From Bacteroidales bacterium (GTDB lineage Bacteria > Bacteroidota > Bacteroidia > Bacteroidales > PWNQ01): DNA of 64,000 nucleotides. Under the pieces are notes generated by a model. That model made no database searches. It saw nothing but the letters and a program-made list of their open reading frames with translations, and was not told the origin of the DNA. This document shows, piece by piece, positions 29,901 through 39,466 of this stretch (position 1 is its first letter; every line of letters begins with the position of its first letter). The translations under genes and the position numbers were made by a program. The stretch is taken from contig JAIPBW010000001.1 in assembly GCA_021738505.1 (NCBI GenBank), positions 8,659 through 72,658 on the forward strand. The letters run 5' to 3'.

Positions 29901-31046
29901 TCAATCCGCCATCAATCTTAGTAACTCAGCCCTGTCTTCATCAGTTAACTTGTGATGAATTCCCTGGGCCTGATTTTTATTCATAGAATTTAATAATTCA
30001 TCTTTATTTGATTTATTGTTCAGGTCAATATCGCTGAGGCGAATGGGGGTTTCGATCTTATTGAAGAACCTTTCGAATTCCTGAATTGTAGCATCAGCGG
30101 TATCAACATCGAATAATTCTTTACCCAGTTCAGCAATTCTGTCATTGAGCCTATCCTTATGAAACTTTAACCATGCCGGATATGCAATTGTTAATGAAGC
30201 TCCGTGTGGTACATCAAAGAGCAGCGACATTTCATGTCCCAAAGCATGGACACCCCAGTCTCCGGATACTCTTCCATTGTTAGTAAGACCATTCAGAGCA
30301 AGAGTAGCTGCGTACATGATTTTAGCCCTTAAGTCGTAATTTTTTAGGTTATCTAACAGGGGAGGTCCGTAATCTATAGCTTCTCTGATAATGCTGGTTA
30401 CAATCTTGTCAGAAAGCGATGCGTCGCCCACACCGAAATAAGCTTCCAAGGAATGAGCAACAAGATCGGCGATGCCATAAGCTGTATACTTTCGATTTAC
30501 TGTAAACGTGTTCTCGGGGTCCAGAAAAGAATGAGCGGGATACATCAACGGATTTACCAAGCCTAACTTTTGACCGGTTTCATGGTTTTGCAATACGGCA
30601 ACAGGATTCATTACCGTGCCTGTTGCAGCTAATGTAAGTACGGTTAATAGAGGTAGAGATTGTTTTGGTTTGGCTTTTTTGGAATAAAAATCCCAGGCAT
30701 TCTGCTCCGAAGGAATCGTTAAAGCCATGGCTTTTCCGGAATCTACCACACTACCACCACCAACGGCAATTACCATATCTGCCTTGAATGCACGTGCTTT
30801 TTCTACGGCAGCATCCACATCATCCACTACTGGGTTTGACTTTATACCGGAATATTCGATAAAATCAATGTCGTGATTTTTTAATTGCTGCACAACCTGA
30901 TCATAAATACCATTCTCTTTTATAGAACCTTTTCCGTAAATCAATAAAGCTTTCCGGCCATATTGTACGGCCGATTGGCCGAGGTCGCTTACTACTTCCC
31001 TCCCGAAATGTAATTTTGTCGGATTATAATACGTGAAATTTTCCAT
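29901..31046 (-). CDS. Iron-containing (group III) alcohol dehydrogenase
   Basis: GGGSVVDSGKA dinucleotide-fold motif and metal-binding His residues (HALGHE..., HG). 381 aa. Confidence 0.9.
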   Translation of the reverse strand: MENFTYYNPTKLHFGREVVSDLGQSAVQYGRKALLIYGKGSIKENGIYDQVVQQLKNHDIDFIEYSGIKSNPVVDDVDAAVEKARAFKADMVIAVGGGSVVDSGKAMALTIPSEQNAWDFYSKKAKPKQSLPLLTVLTLAATGTVMNPVAVLQNHETGQKLGLVNPLMYPAHSFLDPENTFTVNRKYTAYGIADLVAHSLEAYFGVGDASLSDKIVTSIIREAIDYGPPLLDNLKNYDLRAKIMYAATLALNGLTNNGRVSGDWGVHALGHEMSLLFDVPHGASLTIAYPAWLKFHKDRLNDRIAELGKELFDVDTADATIQEFERFFNKIETPIRLSDIDLNNKSNKDELLNSMNKNQAQGIHHKLTDEDRAELLRLMAD

Positions 31047-31107
31047 AGTTTGTCTTTTTTTTTAAATAACCCTAAAATAAGGGTTTTTGTTTAAAAGGGC
31101 TTAAATA

Positions 31108-31139
31108 TAAAAAAACCATGCCGCTTTGAGCGGCATGGT
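31108..31139 (-). terminator. Intrinsic terminator downstream of the 529-aa T9SS cargo gene
   Basis: The minus strand reads AACCATGCCGC-TCAAA-GCGGCATGGTT followed by TTTTTTT. Confidence 0.75.
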
Positions 31140-31183
31140 TACCCTAAAAACCATGAAAAAATTTACTCCATGGAATATCTTTA

Positions 31184-32773
31184 TTATCGGACGATAATTT
31201 TTCTTGTTGCAGTCAAAGAATTTGTAACATCCTCAATATAAATAACGTTTACTCCTTTGCTTAAATTGTAACTATTGATATCAATTTCGTTTTTATTTAT
31301 CTTTTTCTTGAGAACCTGTTGTCCTGAAGAATTGTAAATAGTTATATTTATATCTTTTTCCGAACTTTGAATTGTAAATTGGTCTCCGTGATTTACAGGA
31401 TTGGGGAAGACATTCAACACCATTTCCTTATCGTTACTAATATCTTCTATCCAACTATAAGATGTTGATCCATCATAATCCGTTTGTTTGATCCTGTAAT
31501 AAATATTCTGACCGCTTATGTTTTCAGTGTCAATATATGAGTAATTGATGATTTCGTTAGAAGTTCCGGCTCCTTCTATTGTGGCGATATTTTCAAAATC
31601 CGAATTGTCTACTGCCCTTTGAATGGTAAAATAATCATTATTTATTTCTGAAGCTGTTCTCCAGCTTAATTCAACACCTTCTGAAGTTTCGCTTGTGTTA
31701 AACTCGATAAGTTCAACAGGTAAAGGGGTGTCATCTGTTTGTCCGCATATTGAGACGGCCGGATCAATGTTGGATTCCCCACTTGTTACAGGGTTACTGG
31801 ATCCGTCCTGGCTGCATATATTGCCGGATTCTGTGATTGTTCCGTCTGATGTATCCATAGTTCCGCCTACGAGAGTAGAGCCACTACCGGAAATTTCACC
31901 ATTGTTATCTACAGATCCGTCTACTGTTATACTGCCATTATTATTTATTTCAGAGCTATAATCATTTTCTATATCTCCGCCTACATCTATAGTGTTCGTA
32001 TTGTCAATGGAGCCCTGGTTTGTCAAATTATCCTGAGCAATAAAGTCTCCGGAGTTTGTAAATTGTCCACCCCAGGAATTTGTGAATTCCTGATTAGCAT
32101 TAAATGTACCTGAATTATCAATGGTCCCTCCATTAGAAACAGTTCCATTGGTGGTAATGGTATCATTATTTGTTATGCCAGCATTAGTCCCGATGGTTGT
32201 TGTCCCATTTATGGTCATATTACCATTGTTGATAATCGGAGCGTTATTGTATAGAGTTACGTTTCCGTCTATAGTGGAAATACCATTTAATACTAGTGAA
32301 GAGCTTCCGGAATTATTTGTGAAATCATTACCAACATAAAAATCTCCATTGATATTTATATCAGAAGATCCTCCATTTATTATAAAATTGTCCGAAATAG
32401 TAAGATTACTATTAATATCAATCTTTTCAAAATTGTTTAATGTTAAATTTTTGACTTCTAAATTTCCATCGGCAATTATTTCTCCATTGGAGTCTGTTGT
32501 AAGATCTGATTTTCCGTCAATTGATCCCGTATTGGAAATAATGAGCACAAAACCTGCTGCCAGGTTCTGATTTAATATAACATGATGATCAATAAAGATT
32601 GTATCTGCTTTCCAGCCGATCCAACCTGTTCCGGGATCATTATTACTTTGCCAGGTGCTTTTGGATTTCCAATTTCCGTCTTTAGAGGTATAATAATTCT
32701 GCGCTGTAAGCTGCGTAAAACTGGCTAATAGCGAGACTAATGAAATGAATAGTATATATTTAAAAAGTTTCAT
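31184..32773 (-). CDS. T9SS-sorted surface protein with an Asn/Gly/Thr/Ser-rich beta-helix-like repeat region
   Basis: Signal peptide. About 250 aa of degenerate repeats (…NGNMTINGTTTIGTNAGITNNDTITTNGTVSNGGTIDNSGTFNAN…). C-terminal VFPNPVNHGDQFTIQ...IYNSSGQQV...GVNVIYIE...RKIIVR matches a type A T9SS CTD. Confidence 0.8.
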   Translation of the reverse strand: MKLFKYILFISLVSLLASFTQLTAQNYYTSKDGNWKSKSTWQSNNDPGTGWIGWKADTIFIDHHVILNQNLAAGFVLIISNTGSIDGKSDLTTDSNGEIIADGNLEVKNLTLNNFEKIDINSNLTISDNFIINGGSSDININGDFYVGNDFTNNSGSSSLVLNGISTIDGNVTLYNNAPIINNGNMTINGTTTIGTNAGITNNDTITTNGTVSNGGTIDNSGTFNANQEFTNSWGGQFTNSGDFIAQDNLTNQGSIDNTNTIDVGGDIENDYSSEINNNGSITVDGSVDNNGEISGSGSTLVGGTMDTSDGTITESGNICSQDGSSNPVTSGESNIDPAVSICGQTDDTPLPVELIEFNTSETSEGVELSWRTASEINNDYFTIQRAVDNSDFENIATIEGAGTSNEIINYSYIDTENISGQNIYYRIKQTDYDGSTSYSWIEDISNDKEMVLNVFPNPVNHGDQFTIQSSEKDINITIYNSSGQQVLKKKINKNEIDINSYNLSKGVNVIYIEDVTNSLTATRKIIVR

Positions 32774-33022
32774 ATGTTTTCAGTGTTTCAAGTGAACCAT
32801 AAAAATGTTATTCACATTCCCTAATTCATAAATATAGAGTTCAAAGTCGATGCCATGCTTGGTCAAATAACCTTAAAAGCCAGTAAAACAGATCATAACA
32901 CAAAAAGCACATATGTAAGCTATTCCCAAAATTGGAAAAATACAATGCCAGTGGGAAAAATTTATTGTTTTGATTAGCTCCCAAAGTCAATTTAGAGAAA
33001 AGGAATAGAAGAAAGGCGGAAA

Positions 33023-34546
33023 TTAAAACTGGAAATAAATGAAAGGTTGAACTTCAGCGGATTGGGCCTGGTATAAGATGATTACCACAATTACGGCAAT
33101 AAGCCCTTTAATAACAAGAGGTGTTTTAATAAACCAGTTTGTATATAAATTTTTGAAGGACTTCGGCAGCCAGTGGATAAAAAAGCCTGCCAACATAAGA
33201 GAAAAGATAATCCAATACGATTCGATCATTTTCGGAACTAACTCACCGGAAAAATTATGAATCATTTGATTGAGCATTATACCGGCGGAATCCATATCGG
33301 GTGACCGGAAAAAAATCCAGGCAAATGTAACCAGATGAAAAGAGAAAAAGACGGAAACAAAATGTGTGAGCATGTTTCCCTTTGCCGGATCGGGTTTGCC
33401 AAATATTTTCATCCAGGCTTTATGGATTGCCAGACCGATACCGTGAAGGCCTCCCCAGATAATAAATCGCATGGCGGCACCGTGCCATAATCCTCCCAAT
33501 AGCATGGTAATCATTAGATTGACGTAAGTACGGGTTTTGCCTTTTCGGTTTCCGCCCAATGGAATATAGAGGTAATCCCGCAACCAGGTGGAAAGAGAAA
33601 TGTGCCAGCGTCGCCAAAAGTCCGTGATATTAGCCGCTTTATAGGGGGAATTAAAGTTCCAGGGTAGCCGAAATCCCAGCAATAGAGCTACTCCAATAGC
33701 AATGTCCGTGTAACCTGAGAAGTCACAATAAATTTGAAGGCTATATCCGTAAATAGCCATAAGGTTTTCAAATCCACTATATGTAGCCGGGTCAGAAAAA
33801 ACACGGTCTACAAAGTTGATGGCGATATAATCTGAGATCAACATCTTTTTGATCAGACCATTTAAAATCAAAAATGTGGCGAGCCCGAACTCCTTTTTAC
33901 TAAGGTGGTATTTTTTATATAGTTGGGGCACAAACTCGGAGGCACGGACGATGGGTCCGGCAACCAATTGGGGAAAGAAAGATACATAAAATCCGAAATC
34001 CAAAATGTTTTTAACCGGTTTGGTTTTTTGACGATAGATATCTACCGTATAACTGATTGTTTGAAAAGTATAAAAGGAAATACCAACCGGTAAAATAATG
34101 GTGCTTACATCAAATGAGCCTCCGGCAATTTCATTAGCCCATAAAGCAAGCCAGTCGATTACTTCAAAATCTGTATGGAAAATTTTATTTACGAGATCTG
34201 TGAAGAAATACGAATATTTAAAATAAGACAACAAACCCAGATTAACCACAACACTCATGGCAACAAAAAGCTTCTTTTTCCATTGGCGTGGAGAATTATA
34301 AATTAAGTTCCCCAATGTATAGTCAACAACTGTAGAGAATATTAGCAGAAAAAAGAAATGGCCACCGGTTTTGTAATAAAAAAACAGGCTCATCGCAAAC
34401 AGATAAACATTGCGAATCGCATTTTTTTTGTACAAAATGGAATAAAAAAGCAGTAATACGCCAAAAAAAGCCCAGAAAGAAAACCTCGTGAAAAGCATCG
34501 GAGCTTCGGGATCATACACAAATATGTTTCTTAGCCACTCTTCCAT
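33023..34546 (-). CDS. MBOAT family O-acyltransferase (AlgI/PatA-like)
   Basis: FWRRWHISLSTWLRDYLYIPLGGNR and GLWHGA (catalytic His region). Polytopic membrane protein. Confidence 0.9.
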   Translation of the reverse strand: MEEWLRNIFVYDPEAPMLFTRFSFWAFFGVLLLFYSILYKKNAIRNVYLFAMSLFFYYKTGGHFFFLLIFSTVVDYTLGNLIYNSPRQWKKKLFVAMSVVVNLGLLSYFKYSYFFTDLVNKIFHTDFEVIDWLALWANEIAGGSFDVSTIILPVGISFYTFQTISYTVDIYRQKTKPVKNILDFGFYVSFFPQLVAGPIVRASEFVPQLYKKYHLSKKEFGLATFLILNGLIKKMLISDYIAINFVDRVFSDPATYSGFENLMAIYGYSLQIYCDFSGYTDIAIGVALLLGFRLPWNFNSPYKAANITDFWRRWHISLSTWLRDYLYIPLGGNRKGKTRTYVNLMITMLLGGLWHGAAMRFIIWGGLHGIGLAIHKAWMKIFGKPDPAKGNMLTHFVSVFFSFHLVTFAWIFFRSPDMDSAGIMLNQMIHNFSGELVPKMIESYWIIFSLMLAGFFIHWLPKSFKNLYTNWFIKTPLVIKGLIAVIVVIILYQAQSAEVQPFIYFQF

Positions 34547-34549
34547 GTC

Positions 34550-35830
34550 TTAGTTTGTCTTCATTTGATCTTTATCTGATAACCGAGTCGTATTGTCAAT
34601 AAAATCGCCAAATGCTTTTATAAATGCGCTGAACAATAGATTTCCCTGTAATTGATATCCTTTACGATTTAAATGTAAGCGGTCATAACTGCTTAATCCG
34701 GCATGATGCCATTGCGATATGGAATTCAGCTCTCCCATAACCTGATAGAAGTTCCAGAATGCCATGTTTTGGTCATCAGCGATATCACTTATGATGTTTA
34801 CTGCTTTGGGTATGTTGCGGTTTAGATACCGGCGATAACGGTAACTGTCACCGGGGGAAGTGAGTAAAAAAGCCGCATCAGGTGCTGCTGCCCGCAATTT
34901 TTCCACTAGCAAGCGATAGTTATATTTGAATTTGGCTTCATTAAAGTTTTGCATATATGCATCATTTGTCCCCAGAGAAATGATGATCAAATCCGGACTA
35001 ACTGCACTTACGTGCTTTTGCAATAAACTACATCTTAGCCACGAATTTACATCCGCGCCGTTAACACCGGCAGAATGATAAACAATCCCGGGATCTCCGT
35101 TGTCAAGTGAGAGCCCATGAAGAATATAGTCATTAGCTTTATTGCCTGCTTGTTTTTTTTGATGCAGAGTGAATCGAATGCTATCTTTTAATTCCTGAAA
35201 GCTATACCGTGTATAACCATATTCAGGATGATATTCCACCGTATATTCAAGGGTCGTATCCGCGGGGCGTAAATTCCAGATTGATGTATCATAGGTATGA
35301 AAAACCTTTACACGATCAAAATAATAGTCTGGCCGTTTCTCCTCCGGGAACCATATCTGAAAGGATGCACATTCTTCATGAGTACTTAACGAAATGCCTC
35401 CCAAACCAATTTCGCAGTTAGTTTTGCGCTCTACATTTTTGCAGGATTGCCAATCGCCTGAATAATCAACGTTATAATTTAACGGATTGTTTGTTTTGGC
35501 CATGTGATAAGGAAAAACAAAGCCCCGCCCGCCATTTTGACCTAAAGCAATGCTTTGCATTTGTTTTCGCATTTGATGAGAGAAAAAGTCAGCTTGTATA
35601 TGAGAGTCTCCTATGTGTAGAATGTTGATTTTCTGATTTCCCTCGCGAACTAAGGATTCCAATTTTTGGAACATCACATGCATTTGCTTGCTATTGTTGA
35701 TTTCCAGCTGGTTGCTGTCGGTGTTTAAAAAAGTGTATTGTTTTGTTATGTCAGTATATACTTGTCCTGTAGCCAACAGCGTAAGGCCAAGAGACAATAT
35801 TAATATGCTGATGATCTTATTTTTTATCAT
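34550..35830 (-). CDS. SGNH/GDSL-type hydrolase or acyltransferase family protein
   Basis: Block I ILHIGDSHIQ, block III LGTNDA, block V DRLHLN (DxxH). N-terminal signal/anchor. The start is either ATG 35830 or ATG 35866. Confidence 0.75.
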   Translation of the reverse strand: MIKNKIISILILSLGLTLLATGQVYTDITKQYTFLNTDSNQLEINNSKQMHVMFQKLESLVREGNQKINILHIGDSHIQADFFSHQMRKQMQSIALGQNGGRGFVFPYHMAKTNNPLNYNVDYSGDWQSCKNVERKTNCEIGLGGISLSTHEECASFQIWFPEEKRPDYYFDRVKVFHTYDTSIWNLRPADTTLEYTVEYHPEYGYTRYSFQELKDSIRFTLHQKKQAGNKANDYILHGLSLDNGDPGIVYHSAGVNGADVNSWLRCSLLQKHVSAVSPDLIIISLGTNDAYMQNFNEAKFKYNYRLLVEKLRAAAPDAAFLLTSPGDSYRYRRYLNRNIPKAVNIISDIADDQNMAFWNFYQVMGELNSISQWHHAGLSSYDRLHLNRKGYQLQGNLLFSAFIKAFGDFIDNTTRLSDKDQMKTN

Positions 35831-37295
35831 TTTCAGCTGTTTTTTTAGTATATTTCTGATATTCAAACATCAGAGCATTGTAAAACATATTGCTGATGAT
35901 ACGAGCACCGCGGTAATTGAAGTGTGTAAAATCTTTATTGGCCAGAGGAGGTTCTGCGAAAACCCAACTCGGCATTGAATTTTCACCACCCATAGCCTCA
36001 AATAAATCCCAAAAGACATATCCTGCCCGTTGTGTGGCATTTTTTAATGCATCTCTAATTTTAGAGACGCTCTCATAACTTTTGTAGTTTGTGCCTGCCT
36101 TTTTGGCCATATCAGAAAGTCCGATAACAATGACCGGCATTTCCGGATGCATTTTCTTTAACGTGTTTAGTTGATTATAAATCCATCGTTCATAATATGA
36201 AAAGTCTTCTCGCTCATCCGATACTACATTAACACCAAACTGCAAAATGATCAAATCCACATCAAATTGTTTGATTTGCTGCAGATAGTAATTGTAGTTT
36301 ATCCGTGTAAAAATGAGCCCGGAGCTTCCTCTTAAAGGGATATTGTCTACCATAACACCATTGGAGCTTTCCAAAGAAAGTCCGTAAAAATCAGGACTGT
36401 CATATCCGGTAAAATTTAACGTAAATTCACTTTTTCCCGGATCGACCGGAATTTGCCACATGTTATATTCATTAATCGCGGGCGACAGGCTATCTGTATG
36501 AATAGGTTCTTCTTCTTTATCTGTTACTTTAACCTGAACGGGGCGGTAGTTGTTGCCATAATGCAAAATAGCTCGTTCGAATTGATGCGTATGTTTATAT
36601 CCCTGAAAGGAATTTTTTACATTGACGGAACCTTTGTAAATTAGACTATCGTTGGGAATGCTGTCATTATGAAAAGGAGCAAATCGGTTAATAGCCAGTA
36701 AAGGGCCAAAACGATGATGCGGCAAGGTAGTGTCGATTTTGCCAAATAAAGTGTGCCGTTCCCAGTTCCCGTCGGGATGTATACGCCAGGAAAGTTTTTG
36801 TGTAACAGGGTATAGAGAGAGTAATCCTGGTCCCTGACCGCCAAATGTACTTTGAAGTCGTTCTCTTAAGAAACTGGTAATTCGACCGCTTTCAATCTGA
36901 GAATCCCCATAATGCCAAATACGTACTGGCTTTTGAGCATTTGAAGCATCTTGTAATTTTTTGAAGAAAGCATGCAATTTATCACGTCCCTGTGAGGTCA
37001 TCATCAGTTTATGCGTGATTTGCTGCAAACTGTCAGCATTGGCTCTTACTGTGTCAGGTTTTGTAGTGGTTGTATCAATTCTGCTTAGAGAAGTCGTGTC
37101 CGCATGTTTATTGACAATCTGCGAAATGTCTTTATAGTCGGGATCGTCCGGATTAATGAGGGTTTTAAAAGTTGGAAAATTTATGGTTATATGTTTATTG
37201 ATTTTCCAACCATCATCAGGAATAATGAGGCTAATTATGCCAAGCAGCAAAAAAACTGCAATTAAAACCAAAAGCGTATGCTTCGGCTTTATCAT
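35817..37295 (-). CDS. SGNH/GDSL-type hydrolase or acyltransferase family protein with N-terminal membrane anchor
   Basis: Block I IWHYGDSQIESG, block III LQFGVNVV, block V DFTHFN (DxxH). N-terminal TM helix. Confidence 0.75.
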   Translation of the reverse strand: MIKPKHTLLVLIAVFLLLGIISLIIPDDGWKINKHITINFPTFKTLINPDDPDYKDISQIVNKHADTTSLSRIDTTTTKPDTVRANADSLQQITHKLMMTSQGRDKLHAFFKKLQDASNAQKPVRIWHYGDSQIESGRITSFLRERLQSTFGGQGPGLLSLYPVTQKLSWRIHPDGNWERHTLFGKIDTTLPHHRFGPLLAINRFAPFHNDSIPNDSLIYKGSVNVKNSFQGYKHTHQFERAILHYGNNYRPVQVKVTDKEEEPIHTDSLSPAINEYNMWQIPVDPGKSEFTLNFTGYDSPDFYGLSLESSNGVMVDNIPLRGSSGLIFTRINYNYYLQQIKQFDVDLIILQFGVNVVSDEREDFSYYERWIYNQLNTLKKMHPEMPVIVIGLSDMAKKAGTNYKSYESVSKIRDALKNATQRAGYVFWDLFEAMGGENSMPSWVFAEPPLANKDFTHFNYRGARIISNMFYNALMFEYQKYTKKTAENDKK

Positions 37296-37297
37296 GT

Positions 37298-38830
37298 TTA
37301 TTGTTTTTTGATTTTTAGTTTTTGCCCGGGTTTTAAGTCGTGCGGGCGAATATTATTCCAGCGTAAAATATCCTGATCTGAAACACCAGGGAATTTCTTG
37401 GAGATTGTCCAGGGATTATCCCCTTGCTTAACCTCATATATTATGTATTCTCCTTCTTCTAACGTTTCTGTGGAGTGTTGTTTTTTTTGTGTTGGCTCGA
37501 CTATTTTTCCTTCTCGTTTCTGTTTTTCTGAAAAACTAAGGTTATCATATTCGCGGTAATAATCAGCTTTTCCTTTAGGAACATAAATCATTAGTCGTTG
37601 TCCGGCTCTTATTACATTTCCCCGGATGTTGTTCCAGTAACGCAAGTCGCTTGTGCTTACATCAAACCATTCGGAAATGTAACCCAGATTGTCACCGGAT
37701 TTAATCGTGTAATAAATAGCTGTATGGTTTCCTGAAGGGGATTTGGGTTTATGGCTGGCATATTTTTTTCCGGATGTGACTTTTGGTTCCGGTTTTAGCT
37801 CAAAATAAAAGGTGTCGCGGTGATGATATATGCTATCTTTCATTAAAAGAAAACTATCTTTAATATTTACCGGTAAATTCAGAGGGAAACTTCGGTATGA
37901 TGCAGGAATTATATTTCGCCTATATTGAGGGTTTAAATCTTTCAGTAAACGAGGATTTTGGTTAAGAACCTCAGAAACCTGGCCCAGATGAAGTTTTTTG
38001 TTAACCTTAACAGTGTCGGTTGTTAATGGCCATTGTACAGTAGTTGAAGCCAGGTTAAGTTCTTTTTTTTGCTCAATGATATATCTCATAGCTACATAAG
38101 CCGGGTAAATGTCCCGTTCGGGCAAAGGCAGGTATGGATATATTTTGTCAATATCGGTTTGTTTGTCAGCGCGTCTTATTGCACGGTTTAAGTTTCCGGG
38201 ACCACAATTATAGGCTATAATTGCCAGAGGCCAATTTTCATAGATTTCATATAAATCTTTAATCATTTCAGCGGCTGCTATAGTCGATTGAATCAGATTT
38301 CTTCGTTCATCGATATACGAGTCGATATCCAATTCATAAAGTCGACCGGTGGAATAGGTGAATTGCCAGGGCCCGGAGGCGCCTTTTTCCGACATGAAAT
38401 GCGGGTTCATAGCTGATTTTACCAGGGGAAGATATTTAAGCTCATTGGGCAACTTATGTGCTTCAAAAATACTGTCCATTTGAGGAAGTGATTTTTTTGA
38501 CAAAGCCAGTAAACGTTCTGTTTGCGTATGGTGCTCAGAGACATAAAAGTTTATCATCTCCCAGCTGAGGTTGCTATATTTTAAAGGAATATCTTTTTCG
38601 ATGCTTTCCAGTGTTTGCTGTACTTTTTCGGGCGTGATAGCAAGTGATTCGGTTTGACTGCTCTTAGAGTCTAAATCAAGACTCTGTAGAGCCCACATGG
38701 AATCCATGCTATCCAGTTGGGTTTTGAAAAATTCACGGCTTTTGGAGCCCAAACCAATTGAATCTGCTTGTGCGAATAATCCGGATGAAAAAATAAAAAA
38801 TAAAAAAGCTACCAGTTTTGTTCGGCTCAT
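37298..38830 (-). CDS. MltD-like lytic transglycosylase with two C-terminal LysM domains
   Basis: SLT-domain motifs (SEKGASGPWQF, AYNCGPGNLNRAI). Two LysM repeats (YTIKSGDNLGYISEWF...; YEVKQGDNPWTISKKF...). Signal peptide. Confidence 0.85.
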   Translation of the reverse strand: MSRTKLVAFLFFIFSSGLFAQADSIGLGSKSREFFKTQLDSMDSMWALQSLDLDSKSSQTESLAITPEKVQQTLESIEKDIPLKYSNLSWEMINFYVSEHHTQTERLLALSKKSLPQMDSIFEAHKLPNELKYLPLVKSAMNPHFMSEKGASGPWQFTYSTGRLYELDIDSYIDERRNLIQSTIAAAEMIKDLYEIYENWPLAIIAYNCGPGNLNRAIRRADKQTDIDKIYPYLPLPERDIYPAYVAMRYIIEQKKELNLASTTVQWPLTTDTVKVNKKLHLGQVSEVLNQNPRLLKDLNPQYRRNIIPASYRSFPLNLPVNIKDSFLLMKDSIYHHRDTFYFELKPEPKVTSGKKYASHKPKSPSGNHTAIYYTIKSGDNLGYISEWFDVSTSDLRYWNNIRGNVIRAGQRLMIYVPKGKADYYREYDNLSFSEKQKREGKIVEPTQKKQHSTETLEEGEYIIYEVKQGDNPWTISKKFPGVSDQDILRWNNIRPHDLKPGQKLKIKKQ

Positions 38831-38850
38831 GAGTGTTTTAATTTAAGGGG

Positions 38851-38858
38851 CAAAAATA
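38851..38858 (-). promoter_or_regulatory. Candidate -7 promoter box (TATTTTTG) for the mltD-SGNH-SGNH-MBOAT operon
   Basis: TAnnTTTG match on the minus strand, 20 nt upstream of ATG 38830. Confidence 0.35.
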
Positions 38859-39065
38859 ACCAAAAGATTGATCAATTTGGGAGATCAGGGAGCTAAATTA
38901 AACGAAGTTTTTCATTTTTTGATAAAATGTTTTTCAGAAGATTGACTTAAGTTTGTTTGTTTTTTAATTTTGATGGAAATGGGTGAAACGATTAAAATCA
39001 ATATAAACAAATGCAACAAACATGTTTCCCATATAGGTACGGGTGCGCTAAGAGCGAGTTGGCGT

Positions 39066-39104
39066 TGATGCGATGATGCGTTGATGCGATGATGCGATGA
39101 TGCG
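39066..39104. repeat. Five tandem 8-bp units containing TGATGCG
   Basis: TGATGCG starts at 39066, 39074, 39082, 39090 and 39098 (exact 8-bp period). It is followed by three GCGAAC words (39110-39150). Confidence 0.9.
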
Positions 39105-39352
39105 AGAAGGCGAACGAAGCGAACTAAGAGACTTAGAGAAAAAGCGAACCCCGGTGAAACAGCTTTAGCCGTCGCGTTTCATCCCGTATGATTGGAGTAA
39201 AATCAATGGGACAAGCGGGGCAAGCATAACACGGAACAACGAAACGAACAAGGAACAAAATTTTAAGCATATGAAACACCCATGGCGAGGCGTTCGGCAC
39301 ACAGGAGGATGATTAAAGGGCTGGACGAGTTGGATAATGCAAAGAAAACAAT

Positions 39353-39408
39353 GTCATTTATTGTCATTAGTAGTCATTGATGGTCATTGGTAGTCATTAA
39401 TGGTCATT
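39353..39408. repeat. Six copies of GTCATT at an exact 10-bp period
   Basis: GTCATT starts at 39353, 39363, 39373, 39383, 39393 and 39403. The last four form two 20-bp units, TAGTCATTGATGGTCATTGG and TAGTCATTAATGGTCATTTT. Confidence 0.9.
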
Positions 39409-39466
39409 TTCTATACTTCTGTGTCCGGTTGCTGTCAAATATAACCGTCTCAGAAAGCCTGAAGTT

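Noticed and set aside
39180-39222. Possible fourth, degenerate copy of the two-helix leader element (TCCCG…ATGA…CGGGG)
   Set aside because: Only the outer-helix words and ATGA match. The inner helix and the TRAGTTCC loop are absent, and it lies 500 nt from any start codon. The similarity is too weak to claim.
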